From: a bacterium
GTDB taxonomy: Bacteria > Verrucomicrobiota > Kiritimatiellia > CAIKKV01 > CAITUY01
Direction: 5' to 3'
Assembly: GCA_037128595.1 (NCBI GenBank)
Contig: JBAXWB010000016.1
Coordinates: 19,819 to 83,818 of the forward strand
DNA length: 64,000 nt
Notes under the pieces: model-generated
Told to the model about the DNA's origin: nothing
What the model saw: only the letters and a program-made list of their open reading frames with translations
Database searches by the model: none
Program-made: the position numbers and the translations under genes
In this document: piece after piece, positions 41,934 through 52,101 of the stretch
How the letters are laid out: each line of letters opens with the position of its first letter
Position numbering within the stretch: the stretch's first letter is position 1

Positions 41934-43754
41934 TTAAATATAGAGTTTTAGAACGGCCTCGCCGGTATCCCAGCGCTTTAAACGGTTGATATCGGTGGTG
42001 AGTTGAGCCCATTGCGCTGAAAGTTCGTCGCGGGCCGGGTCATCCGTGGCGGCGTGAAGCTGTTGTTCTACCTGGATACGCCGGGTCTGCAGTTCAGTGC
42101 GCCACATTCCCAGGATCAGGCCTTCAACGGCCTGGCGGTCATTTCCTTCCAGTCCTGCCTTGTGGGGGGCGCTCAGGACCTGGGCGGCAAAGGTGGACAG
42201 GTTGCGATCCGCATCGTCCCGTTCCGTGAGCAGTTGCATGACATCCACGCCTTCCCGTGAACTATCCCGCAGCACCTCGAGAAAGGCGCGGCAGGTGGGG
42301 TCGGTGATCATGGTGAAGGGGAGAAAGAGTTCCATGATGGTGACCAGGTCCGGATTGGTGCCAAGATGTTCCGCCAGCAGTACTTCGCTGACCGGCCGCT
42401 GGACGGGGGCAGGCTGGGTGCCGGTGTCGGGGGCAGGGGGCGGGGCATTTCGCCGGAGGTGCCGGAGTTCGACATTCAGGGCATCCGCGGAAACGCCCAG
42501 CCGCCGAGCCACGGTCTGGACCAGGACGTCGCGCTGGATGGCGTTGGGGCTCTGGCTGATCGTGGCCAGGGCCGCCCGGCTGACCTTCATCATTCCCACT
42601 TCGGAGCGGATGTCCTCCTGGCTCAACAACAGGTTCAGTTGGAAGTCGATGGCAGGGACCGCCTGGGAGAGGGCTTTGGCGAAGGCGGGCGCCCCCTGCT
42701 TCAAAATGAGCGAATCCGGATCCTCGCCCTGCGGCAGGCTGGCCACCCTCACGGCCAGTCCCATCTGCATGAAGACGGCAGACGCCTTGAGCGCGGCGTT
42801 GCGTCCGGCATCATCAGAGTCAAACACCAGTACCACGCCATCGGCGTACCGCTTCAGCATGCGCGCGTGATCCTCTGTGAAGGCGGTGCCCTGGGCGGCC
42901 ACCGCGGTTTTGAATCCCGCCTGATGGCAGCGGATCACATCAATCTGGCCTTCACAGATAATCGCCTCGCGGGTTTCAACGATTTCCCGGCGCGCGCGGT
43001 CAAGGGCATAGAGGATATGGCTTTTCCGGAATAACGGGGTTTCCGGGCTGTTGACATATTTGGCGGCCTTCGGGTCTTGCAACAGCGTGCGTCCGCTGAA
43101 GGCCACAATCCGGCCCTGCTCATTGCGGATGGGAAACATGATCCGGCCCCGGAACCGGTCGTAGTAGGGCTGGGAGCCGCGATCCTCCTCCCGCCGGATG
43201 AGCAGGCCGGCGAGATCCAGTTTCTGAAGCGCATGGCCCTTTTTGAGCGCCCACTGCAGGAGAAAGTCCCAGGAATCCGGGGCGTAGCCGATCATGAAGT
43301 CTTCAATGACTTCCGTCGTGAGCTGCCGTTTGTTCAGATACTCCCGGGCGATCAGGGCATCAGGGTTCTGCAACAACTGCCGGTGGAAAAGCGCCGCGGC
43401 TTCTTCATGGATGGTCAGCAGGATTTCCTTGTCTGCGGAGGGTTCCGAGCCCTTTTCGAACTGAAGGGGAATGCCGGCTTTTTCGGCCAGGATCTTGATG
43501 GCGCCAATGAAGTCGACATGCTCGTAAAGCATCACAAACTTGAACACATCGCCGCCTGCGCCACAGCCGAAACAATGGAAGATCTGGCGTTGCCGGTTGA
43601 CGTTGAAGGAGGGGGTCTTCTCCTTGTGGAAGGGGCAGAGGGCCTTGATGATGTTCCCCTTCTGCGGCAGGGTGAGATAGGCGTCAATGACATCGACAAT
43701 ATCGCAGCGGAAGCGGATATCGTCCAACACGGATTTAGAGATGAGGCCGGCCAT
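41934..43754 (-). CDS. dnaG: DNA primase
   Basis: CPFHKEKTPSF...CFGC zinc finger, KYVNSPET, EGQIDV, FDSDDAG, DPD. Confidence 0.95.
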   Translation of the reverse strand: MAGLISKSVLDDIRFRCDIVDVIDAYLTLPQKGNIIKALCPFHKEKTPSFNVNRQRQIFHCFGCGAGGDVFKFVMLYEHVDFIGAIKILAEKAGIPLQFEKGSEPSADKEILLTIHEEAAALFHRQLLQNPDALIAREYLNKRQLTTEVIEDFMIGYAPDSWDFLLQWALKKGHALQKLDLAGLLIRREEDRGSQPYYDRFRGRIMFPIRNEQGRIVAFSGRTLLQDPKAAKYVNSPETPLFRKSHILYALDRARREIVETREAIICEGQIDVIRCHQAGFKTAVAAQGTAFTEDHARMLKRYADGVVLVFDSDDAGRNAALKASAVFMQMGLAVRVASLPQGEDPDSLILKQGAPAFAKALSQAVPAIDFQLNLLLSQEDIRSEVGMMKVSRAALATISQSPNAIQRDVLVQTVARRLGVSADALNVELRHLRRNAPPPAPDTGTQPAPVQRPVSEVLLAEHLGTNPDLVTIMELFLPFTMITDPTCRAFLEVLRDSSREGVDVMQLLTERDDADRNLSTFAAQVLSAPHKAGLEGNDRQAVEGLILGMWRTELQTRRIQVEQQLHAATDDPARDELSAQWAQLTTDINRLKRWDTGEAVLKLYI

Positions 43755-43762
43755 GGGAACGG

Positions 43763-44326
43763 TTATTCTTCCCATTTCTCGCGCTTGCCGGCGCGTTCCT
43801 GACGGGCTTTTTGAATGATCCCCTCGCCGGTTTCCACCCGCGAGGTGAGCTTCTTGATGAGCTCGTTTTCGGCGCCAAGCACTTCGCGGGCGATCCATGA
43901 TTGTTGGCCGATCGCTACCGGACGATGGTCCTCAGGAAGGACATTGAAAATCACAAAAACCAGCAGGACGAGTCCGGCCGTGGTTAATCCGCCGGCAATG
44001 GCGCCGCCAAGCCGGTCGATCCAGGTGGTAAAGGTGATTTTGAGCATGTAGCGAAGGAACGCGTAGAGCATCATGACGGTGAGGATGGGAATCACGACGA
44101 GCAGGATCAGGGTGGCCAGCCGGGCCAGTTCCGCCGGCATGGCAAACTGGGAGACCAGCCAGTCACGGGTCGGGGTGAACCCGTTGACCAGGGCCGCCGT
44201 GACGGACAGGACGGAGAGGACCATCGCCATCTGCCCTGAGAGGCCCTGTCGGAATCCCATGATGACGCCAATCAGGATGACGCCAATCCCGATCACATCT
44301 GCAATGGTGAAGCCTAGGTTTTGCAT
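43763..44326 (-). CDS. cvpA: CvpA (colicin V production) family membrane protein
   Basis: DVIGIGVILIGVIMGFRQGL, DRLGGAIAG. Confidence 0.75.
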   Translation of the reverse strand: MQNLGFTIADVIGIGVILIGVIMGFRQGLSGQMAMVLSVLSVTAALVNGFTPTRDWLVSQFAMPAELARLATLILLVVIPILTVMMLYAFLRYMLKITFTTWIDRLGGAIAGGLTTAGLVLLVFVIFNVLPEDHRPVAIGQQSWIAREVLGAENELIKKLTSRVETGEGIIQKARQERAGKREKWEE

Positions 44327-44341
44327 AATACAGCCTCCGTG

Positions 44342-45463
44342 CTATTGAAGGTATTTCAGCCAGTTCCGGATTTCCTTGGCGGAGGTTCCGTTCGGATCCA
44401 GCTTGAGGTAGGTATTGAACTCTTTGCGTGCAAGTTCCTTTTTTGCGGGGTCTTTTTTGTAGAGGAGCCCGAGTGCCAGATGCGCTTCGGCGTGGCGCGG
44501 CGCCTTTTGGGTCAAGGTCGTGAGTTGCCGGGCCGCCTCCGTTTCCAGCCCCTGATCAATCATGACAAGCGCCAGCATGTAGCGGGCGTCGGACATTTCG
44601 GGCGTAACGGCCAGCGCCGCTTCAAATTCAATGCGGGCTTGCGCCAGATCCCGTTTGTCACGGAGGAGCAGCCCCAGATTGTAATGGGCGCGTACCAGGG
44701 TGGGATCGTTTTGAAGGGCGCGCTGGTAGGCCTCGATGGCCTTATCGTAATTGCGCGCCTGATGATGACGGACTCCCTGGGAAAAGGCTTCGGCCGCCAC
44801 TTGTGGATTCCGGGGAAGGGCCGCGGAGGGGGCGGGTTTGCGCATTTTTTCGGTCATGACCACTCGCGCAATGACGGTGTGGGAATCGTTTTTCTCGAGG
44901 GCCAGATAGCGCTGGAAATATTTTTTCGATTCATTCTGGTTCTTAAGCCAGTCCCGGTTGATCACGCCCAGATTAAACAGGGCGGGCGCATAGGTGGGCA
45001 TGTCCCCGATCAGCTTCATTAACCGGTCCTGGGCGGCCGGGGCGCCCAGGGTATTTAATTCGACGAGGGCGATGGCGGTCTGGACACTGGGGGAGCGGGG
45101 ACTACGCCGGAGTGCCTCGGTCAGCAGGGCGGCCGCTTCGGGCCAGCGGCTGTTCTCCATGTGAATACTGGCCGCATATTCCAGTGGTCGCGCATCATCT
45201 GGCATTTGTTCCCCTACTTGGAGGAAGCCCGCCAGGGCCTGGTCCTGCTGCCCGTTTTTCAGCTGCACGATACTGAGGTTGATGAGTGCATTGAGATTGG
45301 AAGGATCTTCCTGCAAGGCCTGAACCAGGAGTTGCTCGGCTTTTTGAAGATGGCCCTGCTCAATGGCTTTAATGGCGGAGGCCACGGGGTCATGCCCGCA
45401 GCCGGTCAGGAACAGGATGACCAGAACCGCGCCCGTGAGTGAATTGAAGATGTGCTTTTTCAT
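44342..45463 (-). CDS. TPR-repeat lipoprotein
   Basis: LFLTGC lipobox; repeated helical units (ALFNLG, AHYNLGLLL, AHLALGLLY). Confidence 0.85.
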   Translation of the reverse strand: MKKHIFNSLTGAVLVILFLTGCGHDPVASAIKAIEQGHLQKAEQLLVQALQEDPSNLNALINLSIVQLKNGQQDQALAGFLQVGEQMPDDARPLEYAASIHMENSRWPEAAALLTEALRRSPRSPSVQTAIALVELNTLGAPAAQDRLMKLIGDMPTYAPALFNLGVINRDWLKNQNESKKYFQRYLALEKNDSHTVIARVVMTEKMRKPAPSAALPRNPQVAAEAFSQGVRHHQARNYDKAIEAYQRALQNDPTLVRAHYNLGLLLRDKRDLAQARIEFEAALAVTPEMSDARYMLALVMIDQGLETEAARQLTTLTQKAPRHAEAHLALGLLYKKDPAKKELARKEFNTYLKLDPNGTSAKEIRNWLKYLQ

Positions 45464-45642
45464 GTCTGAATTCCGTGCTTTGTCAGGACTATACCATGCC
45501 CCTGCGGGATGGCAATAACGAGAAAACTTGACCGCGGAGGCGCGGAGATTTAGAGAGAGCCGGAAATGCAAATGTAGCGTCTACCCTGCCAAAAAACTCC
45601 CCATGGAACGGGAAATAGTATAAAGACAAGAACCCGATAAGG

Positions 45643-46413
45643 ATGACTCAAGTGCAAGACCCGGTACAACAGGATAAAATGTACGGCCCGTTTCTGGTGC
45701 AGTGGTTTGATCAGCTAGACTCGACCAATACCCGTTTGCTGGATCAGGTCGACCTGATCCCGGCGCTACCCTCGGGGACCGTCTGGGCGGCGAGGACCCA
45801 GTCCGCGGGCCGGGGACGGTTGGAGCGGAAGTGGATTTCCTCATCCAGCGGCAATCTGCTCTTCTCATTATTTCACCGGACCGGGGCAGAGCCGGGGCGA
45901 CTGCCCTCCCTGACCATGGCCATGGCCATTGCCGTCGACGAGATGCTTCAGACCTTTCAGGTTCACTCCAATCTCAAGTGGCCTAATGACATCCAGGTCA
46001 AGGGCTGTAAGATCGCCGGCCTGCTGGCGGAGCGGGCCGGGGCGGAGGGGGTGGTGATCGGGGTCGGGCTCAATATCAACATGACGGCCAGTGAACTGGC
46101 TTTGATCGACCAGCCGGCCACCTCCCTGAGGAATGAAACGGGCCGGGTATGGAATGTCGAGGAGGTCCTGGCCGTTCTGCTTGCCACCCATCTGCCCCCC
46201 TGGCTTGCCTGCTGGGACCGGAATGGATTTTCCGGGTTGCGGGAGCGGTGGATGCAAGGGTGCGGCGGCCTTCATACGCCTTTGGCGGTCCGTGATGGGG
46301 AACGCCGCCTTCACGGCACCCTGGCCGGATTTGGTGAAGAGGGTGAGTTGCAGCTACGCCTCCCGGACGGGACGATTCAAACCGTTTGGGCCGGGGAGGT
46401 TGTGGCACTCTGA
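45643..46413 (+). CDS. birA: Biotin-protein ligase without N-terminal HTH
   Basis: DSTNT, QSAGRGR, KWPNDI, KIAGLL, IGVGLNI. Confidence 0.92.
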   Translation: MTQVQDPVQQDKMYGPFLVQWFDQLDSTNTRLLDQVDLIPALPSGTVWAARTQSAGRGRLERKWISSSSGNLLFSLFHRTGAEPGRLPSLTMAMAIAVDEMLQTFQVHSNLKWPNDIQVKGCKIAGLLAERAGAEGVVIGVGLNINMTASELALIDQPATSLRNETGRVWNVEEVLAVLLATHLPPWLACWDRNGFSGLRERWMQGCGGLHTPLAVRDGERRLHGTLAGFGEEGELQLRLPDGTIQTVWAGEVVAL

Positions 46414-47000
46414 GCCGGTGGCTCCTTGATTTTCAACTCCACGCGCAGGCGGCTCATTTTCCGGTAAACCCGCAGACGTCGCAGGACGGGCCACCAGCCG
46501 TACAGATAGATGTCGATGGGTTTCCACATCGCGACCCAGCATCCCACCGCCAGGCCTTCCCTCAACCATTCCGCGGTGGTGGAGAAGGGGAATTCCCGCC
46601 CGAGGCCCTTGCTCAAGGTCAGGCATAAGGCCATGAATGCCACGCCGATGATCAGGCTGATCTGGCCGGTTTTCATAAGTTGCCGCAGTTCACGCCGGGT
46701 GGTATCCGCCTTGCTGTGGAAGAAATTCCGGACCGCAAGCTCGGTGAACCGGCGCGGGTCGGGCCCGCCCAGGACCGGCGGTTGCCCCAGATGTACGACC
46801 AGGGTGATGGGCATATTGACGGGGAATTCCAACGCCCAACCTTCGATGAACGCTTCGGCGTCGGCGTCCAGATCCTTGTCAATGAACGGCGATGGATCCA
46901 TTAGATTGAAAAGCTGACTGAGATCATGTAGGCGTAGCTGGACGATGGCCGTCTCGCCCACTTTTTTTCCGCTGATAAGTACTTGGCTCTTATCGCTCAT
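46377..47000 (-). CDS. Hypothetical membrane protein (two C-terminal TM segments)
   Basis: 207 aa ORF with SD; 3' end overlaps birA convergently. Confidence 0.7.
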   Translation of the reverse strand: MSDKSQVLISGKKVGETAIVQLRLHDLSQLFNLMDPSPFIDKDLDADAEAFIEGWALEFPVNMPITLVVHLGQPPVLGGPDPRRFTELAVRNFFHSKADTTRRELRQLMKTGQISLIIGVAFMALCLTLSKGLGREFPFSTTAEWLREGLAVGCWVAMWKPIDIYLYGWWPVLRRLRVYRKMSRLRVELKIKEPPAQSATTSPAQTV

Positions 47001-47115
47001 ACCTCATTTTTAGCCAGTTTCTTGTCGGATTTCAAGGCTCAACCTCCTTGAGTTCCTCAGAAATATTGCCTTTCGGGGCAAGTCGTTGCATAGTCACCCC
47101 CCATTAAGGAGCAGG

Positions 47116-48273
47116 ATGCGAATGAAGATCGGAATTATCGGGGCAGGACATGCAGGGGTGGAGGCGGCCAAGGCAGCGCGTGAGAGCGGCGCGGACGTTA
47201 CGCTCTTCTCCAATGAACGCGTGGTCCCTTATTACCGTCCACGACTGGTGGCCCTGGCGTTTGGTCAGGCTGATTTCCCGGCCATTCAAATCAAGCCGCT
47301 GGACTGGTATGCCCAGCAAAAAATCGAACTGAGGCTCGCGACAGAAATCTCCGGACTCGATCCCCTGAACTTCCGTGTGTCCACGGCGCAGGGCGTGGAA
47401 TCGTTTGACGGGCTCGTCATCGCCATTGGCAGTATCCCGGTATTACCTCCGTTTGTAAAAGACGGGGGCGGCTTTATCTGGCCTCTATGGAATGTGCCGC
47501 ATGCCGAGGCGATTCGCGGCCGTCTAGGACCGGGCAAGCGGCTGGTGGTGGTCGGGGGTGGGATTCTCGGGATCGAGGCGGCGTTGCACGGGGTGGAGGC
47601 GGGAATGTCCGTGACCATTGTCGAGTTGATGAACCGGTTGATGCCTGCCCAATTCGGCGCCCGCGCGTCATCAGCCCTGTTGCGCGGCCTGGAGGAACGC
47701 GGGATCCGCGTGTTACTGGGACACGGCATTGCCTCTGCCAAGCCGGGAGCCGCTTCGGTGACTCTGGGGTTGGATAACGGGGCGCCCCTGGAAGCGGAGG
47801 TGTGTCTGGTGTCCATCGGGGCCAGACCGGATAAAACCCTCGCGATCGCGGCCGGACTCGCCTGCGAGCGGGGCGTGTTAGTAGATGAGACCCTGCGGTG
47901 TCCGTTCCTGCATTGTTATGGGGCTGGCGATATGATTCAGTTTGAAGGCGTCACCCGCTGTTCCATGAAAGAGGCGTCGGCCCAGGGAAAGTTAGCGGCC
48001 CTCAACCTGATGGCGGCCTTACAGGGTCGGGCGGGACAACCGTATAAACCTGAAACCATTCCCCTGACATTCCGTTCCAAGAATTTTGAAATCTATGCCA
48101 TTGGCGAGGTGTCCTGCGCCGGTTCGGAAGAACAGATCCTGGATGGCTCCACCGAAACGCTGATCCGGGCATTGGTCGTGAAAGACGGGGTTCCCGTTGG
48201 CGTGCAGATGATCGGGACACGGGAAGGCTTCGATTCGTATGCCGCCGAAGTGAAGAAGGCGAAGAAGACGTAA
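47116..48273 (+). CDS. FAD/NAD(P)-dependent oxidoreductase (rubredoxin reductase/NirB N-terminal-like)
   Basis: IIGAGHAG, YYRPRL, VVGGGILGIE, YGAGD; SD AAGGAG. Confidence 0.85.
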   Translation: MRMKIGIIGAGHAGVEAAKAARESGADVTLFSNERVVPYYRPRLVALAFGQADFPAIQIKPLDWYAQQKIELRLATEISGLDPLNFRVSTAQGVESFDGLVIAIGSIPVLPPFVKDGGGFIWPLWNVPHAEAIRGRLGPGKRLVVVGGGILGIEAALHGVEAGMSVTIVELMNRLMPAQFGARASSALLRGLEERGIRVLLGHGIASAKPGAASVTLGLDNGAPLEAEVCLVSIGARPDKTLAIAAGLACERGVLVDETLRCPFLHCYGAGDMIQFEGVTRCSMKEASAQGKLAALNLMAALQGRAGQPYKPETIPLTFRSKNFEIYAIGEVSCAGSEEQILDGSTETLIRALVVKDGVPVGVQMIGTREGFDSYAAEVKKAKKT

Positions 48274-48289
48274 GACGTGAGATGTAAGA
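48266..48289. repeat. Three heptamer repeats AGA(C/T)GT(A/G)
   Basis: AGACGTA-AGACGTG-AGATGTA-AGA across the oxidoreductase stop codon. Confidence 0.5.
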
Positions 48290-48300
48290 GGCGGGAGGGG

Positions 48301-48477
48301 TTACGGGGAAGGTTTGGGCTTCCAGAGTTTGCATCCGACGTCGACGATGGCGCTGGGAACATCTTTGACATCGGTGCTTTTTCCGTGTTCCATGAACCAT
48401 TTGCAGCCGCAGGGAAAAACGTTGCCGCCCAATTGGCAATACTGGCACGACCAGCATGATTTTTTTTCTAATGACAT
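48301..48477 (-). CDS. Small cysteine-rich protein (58 aa, CxxCxxC)
   Basis: Manual translation MSLEKKSCWSCQYCQLGGNVFPCGCKWFMEHGKSTDVKDVPSAIVDVGCKLWKPKPSP*; fills the intergenic gap; no clear SD. Confidence 0.55.
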   Translation of the reverse strand: MSLEKKSCWSCQYCQLGGNVFPCGCKWFMEHGKSTDVKDVPSAIVDVGCKLWKPKPSP

Positions 48478-48510
48478 CGGGGCACGGTATCAAATATCGT
48501 GAAAAGCACA

Positions 48511-49290
48511 ATGAGAGTATGTGTACTGGGAAGCGGAAGTGGCGGAAATTGCACTTATGTGGCATCCGGATCAACGGCCATTTTAATTGATGCCGGATTG
48601 AGCGGGCGCGCCACCGGGTTGCGTCTGGCTGAATGTGGAACCTCCGTGGAGTCCATTCATGCCATCTGTGTGACTCATGAACATAGCGATCACACCTCAG
48701 GTCTGGCGGTGTTGCATCGTGGCGGAAAGGTCCAGCTATTCGCCAACCACGCCACGATTGAAGGGATCGAGGCCCGGGTCGGGGCTGGCAAAAAATTGCT
48801 TTGGAATGTTTTTTCAACAGGCGCCAATTTTAAAATTGGGGACCTCTCGATTGATCCCTTCTCGGTCCCTCACGATGCCTATGATCCGGTGGGCTTTATC
48901 GTTCGCTGTGACGAAACCCGCGTGGGGGTGGTCACCGACATGGGCATGGTCACCGGCTTGATTCGGGAGCGGCTGCGGGCGTGTAATGTGCTCGTGGTGG
49001 AGTCCAATCACGACGAGCAGATGCTGAAGGATGCGGATCGTCCCTGGCATCTCAAACAACGGATTAGCGGGCGGCAGGGTCATCTCTCCAACCAGCATGC
49101 GGCCGAATTGCTGACGGAAATCGCAGGGCCTCATCTTAAAGCCGTGTTTCTCGCCCACCTGAGTTCGGAATGTAATTCACCTGAACTCGCCTTGCAAACG
49201 GTTACGGCCGCATTGAAGGAAAAGGGGCATTCCCACGTTCGCGTGGTGGTGGCACCTTCTGATCGGGTGAGCGAGCTGTGGGAGGAATGA
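48511..49290 (+). CDS. Metallo-beta-lactamase-fold hydrolase (YycJ/WalJ-like)
   Basis: MRVCVLGSGSGGN, THEHSDH, VPHDA, ESNHD, GHLSN, LAHLS. Confidence 0.88.
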   Translation: MRVCVLGSGSGGNCTYVASGSTAILIDAGLSGRATGLRLAECGTSVESIHAICVTHEHSDHTSGLAVLHRGGKVQLFANHATIEGIEARVGAGKKLLWNVFSTGANFKIGDLSIDPFSVPHDAYDPVGFIVRCDETRVGVVTDMGMVTGLIRERLRACNVLVVESNHDEQMLKDADRPWHLKQRISGRQGHLSNQHAAELLTEIAGPHLKAVFLAHLSSECNSPELALQTVTAALKEKGHSHVRVVVAPSDRVSELWEE

Positions 49291-49519
49291 AATGGGTTTT
49301 ATCTTTCGCATGCGATAATTAATTAGGCGCGAAAATTATAGTGTTAAGAAAATAACAATATCTTCTTGCGTATTATGCCGTTCAGGCGTAAATATTCAGA
49401 CGTTTTTTAATTTCGTTCTTCAAGGTGTATTCCATACTCCCTTTATAGGGTGGACTATGCCGTGGAACAGGTGTCAAGGGTCCGGTAGAGGTAACATACT
49501 AGAAAGGTTCAGTAAGTTC

Positions 49520-52078
49520 ATGAATAGGTTGCGTTCACAGTGGTGGGTACGTTTGTGTGTGGCGTTGGCGGTCTTTGGATTCGGGGCAGGCGCGGCAATG
49601 GCCAGCGAAGCTGACCTGAATCTTCCTGATCTGGGAGCAGTTCACTTTTCCGCATTGGGCGGCATTTCCGGAACGAGCCTGATGTTGATCGGGATCGGCG
49701 TCTGTTTTCTCGGCTTGGGCTTCGGGTTGATCCAATACGTCAAAACAGAGAAACTGCCGGTACACAAGTCGATGAGCGACGTGTCGGCGATCATCTGGGA
49801 AACCTGCAAGAGCTATCTGGCCCAGCAGGGAAAATTCCTGGCGATCCTCTGGGCGCTGATTGGCGTCTGTATGATTTACTATTTCCTGGTTCTGCAGAAG
49901 ATGCAGTGGGGAAGTGTGATGTTGATTCTGGCGGCCTCGGTACTGGGTATTCTCGGTTCCTACGGGGTGGCCTGGTTCGGCATGCGCATCAATACGTTTG
50001 CCAACAGCCGGTCGGCCTTTGCCGCGTTGCGGGGCACCCCCTGGGACGCTCTGGCCATTCCGATGCGCTCGGGTATGAGCGTGGGAATGCTGTTGATCAC
50101 CGTGGAACTGTTCTTCATGATCTGCATCCTGGTGTTCCTTCCCTCCGAGTTGCGCGGTCCCTGCTTTATCGGGTTCGCCATCGGGGAATCCCTGGGGGCA
50201 TCGGCCCTCCGTATCTGCGGTGGTATTTTCACCAAGATTGCGGATATCGGTTCCGACCTGATGAAGATCGTGTTCAAGCTTCCTGAAGACGATCCCAAGA
50301 ATCCCGGTGTGATTGCCGACTGTACCGGTGACAATGCCGGCGACAGCGTTGGCCCGACGGCTGACGGGTTTGAAACCTACGGGGTGACCGGGGTTGCGCT
50401 GATCACGTTCCTGGCCTTGGTGCTCGGGGCCGGTACGCTCTGTGCCCAGATGATCGTCTGGATCTTCGTGATGCGTATTCTGATGATCATTTCCGCCCTG
50501 GCCGCTTATACCGCCAACGACATGCACTTCACCTCGAAGTTGAAGAATGCCAAGGAATTTGACCCGGAGCATCCCCTGACGGTGTTGGTGTGGTTGACCT
50601 CCATTGTCTGTATCATCGTCACCTACATCGCCAGCTATTTCCTGTTGGGCGACATCACGGTGCCCAAGACGATCGCGGGTGTGGTCACCCAGGTCGCCCA
50701 GCCGAACCTCTGGTGGGTGCTTTCCACGATCATTTCCTGCGGCACGATTGCCGGAGCCCTGATCCCCGAGTTCACCAAGGTGTTCACCAGCACGAACGCG
50801 ATCCATGTGAAGGAAGTGGTCACCGCCTCCAAGCAGGGGGGCGCCTCCCTGAACATCCTGTCAGGGTTTGTGGCGGGTAACTTCTCGGCGTTCTGGGAAG
50901 GTCTGACCATGCTGGTGCTGATGTTGGGTGCGGCCTTGTTGGCGGGTCACCCGGCAGTGGCCAGCTTGATGCCGGCCGGTCTGGAATTTGCGGCCCCCAT
51001 CTTCGCGTTCGGTCTGGTCGCCTTCGGGTTCCTGGGCATGGGCCCGGTCACCATCGCGGTCGACAGCTTCGGTCCGGTGTCGGACAATGCCCAGTCGGTG
51101 TACGAACTGAGCCGCATTGAGTCCATCCCCGGCATTGAGAAGGAAATCGAGAAGGAGTTCGGGTTCAAGCCTGACTTTGAAAACGCCAAGCTCAACCTGG
51201 AGCGGAACGATGGCGCGGGCAATACCTTCAAGGCGACTGCCAAGCCGGTGTTGATCGGTACCGCCGTTGTCGGGGCCACGACCATGATCTTCGGCATCAT
51301 CCTGATGCTCGGCAAGACCAAGGCGTATGAGTTGGCGAAGGCGGCAGCGGACAAGGCCGGCGTGGCCTTTGACCATACCCTCGCGCTGACGGCCGCCCAG
51401 ACCACGGACGGGGTCAATTCGGTGATCACCAGCCTGAGTCTGGTGCAGCCCGAGATCGTCCTCGGCCTCCTCATGGGTGGTGCGGTGATCTACTGGTTTA
51501 CCGGTGCGGCCACGCAGGCGGTGGTGACAGGGTCCTATCGCGCAGTGGTGTACATCAAGGAGAACATGAACCTGAACGCCGAGACGGCTTCGATCAAGGA
51601 CAGCAAAGAAGTGGTGAAGATCTGCACGATTTACGCGCAGAAGGGGATGTTCAACATCTTCGTCGCCATCTTCTGTTTCGCCTTGTCGCTGGCCTTCTTC
51701 AATCCGTTCTTCTTCATTGGCTACCTGATCTCCATCGCCTTCTTTGGTCTGTACCAGGCCATTTTCATGGCGAACGCCGGTGGCGCCTGGGATAACGCCA
51801 AGAAGATCGTGGAAGTCGATCTGCGGGCCAAGGGCACGGATCTGCACGCGGCCACCGTGGTAGGCGATACGGTCGGTGACCCCTTCAAAGACACCTCGTC
51901 GGTGGCGATGAACCCGATCATCAAGTTCACGACCCTGTTCGGTCTGCTGGCGACGGAAATTGCCGTGGCCATGACGAACTCGACCATGAAGTATGCCATC
52001 GGCGCCGTGATCTTCACGGTGGCGCTGGTCTTCGTGTACCGGTCGTTCTACTGCATGCGCATCCCCGAAGACAAATAA
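49520..52078 (+). CDS. hppA: Membrane-bound H+-translocating pyrophosphatase, K+-independent type
   Basis: GGIFTKIADIGSDL, DDPKNPGVIADCTGDNAGD, DSFGPVSDNAQ, GNTFKA (Lys at the K+-dependence position), GGAWDNAKK, GDTVGDPFKDT. Confidence 0.93.
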   Translation: MNRLRSQWWVRLCVALAVFGFGAGAAMASEADLNLPDLGAVHFSALGGISGTSLMLIGIGVCFLGLGFGLIQYVKTEKLPVHKSMSDVSAIIWETCKSYLAQQGKFLAILWALIGVCMIYYFLVLQKMQWGSVMLILAASVLGILGSYGVAWFGMRINTFANSRSAFAALRGTPWDALAIPMRSGMSVGMLLITVELFFMICILVFLPSELRGPCFIGFAIGESLGASALRICGGIFTKIADIGSDLMKIVFKLPEDDPKNPGVIADCTGDNAGDSVGPTADGFETYGVTGVALITFLALVLGAGTLCAQMIVWIFVMRILMIISALAAYTANDMHFTSKLKNAKEFDPEHPLTVLVWLTSIVCIIVTYIASYFLLGDITVPKTIAGVVTQVAQPNLWWVLSTIISCGTIAGALIPEFTKVFTSTNAIHVKEVVTASKQGGASLNILSGFVAGNFSAFWEGLTMLVLMLGAALLAGHPAVASLMPAGLEFAAPIFAFGLVAFGFLGMGPVTIAVDSFGPVSDNAQSVYELSRIESIPGIEKEIEKEFGFKPDFENAKLNLERNDGAGNTFKATAKPVLIGTAVVGATTMIFGIILMLGKTKAYELAKAAADKAGVAFDHTLALTAAQTTDGVNSVITSLSLVQPEIVLGLLMGGAVIYWFTGAATQAVVTGSYRAVVYIKENMNLNAETASIKDSKEVVKICTIYAQKGMFNIFVAIFCFALSLAFFNPFFFIGYLISIAFFGLYQAIFMANAGGAWDNAKKIVEVDLRAKGTDLHAATVVGDTVGDPFKDTSSVAMNPIIKFTTLFGLLATEIAVAMTNSTMKYAIGAVIFTVALVFVYRSFYCMRIPEDK

Positions 52079-52101
52079 TCTGAAGTTCAGATGAACGTCT
52101 C

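Noticed and set aside
48002-48817. 271-aa minus-strand ORF spanning the oxidoreductase end and MBL start
   Set aside because: Overlaps two supported genes; the Cys-rich 58-aa ORF in another frame fits the gap better.
49291-49519. Riboswitch upstream of hppA
   Set aside because: No fluoride, c-di-AMP or other consensus recognised by eye; needs an Infernal scan.
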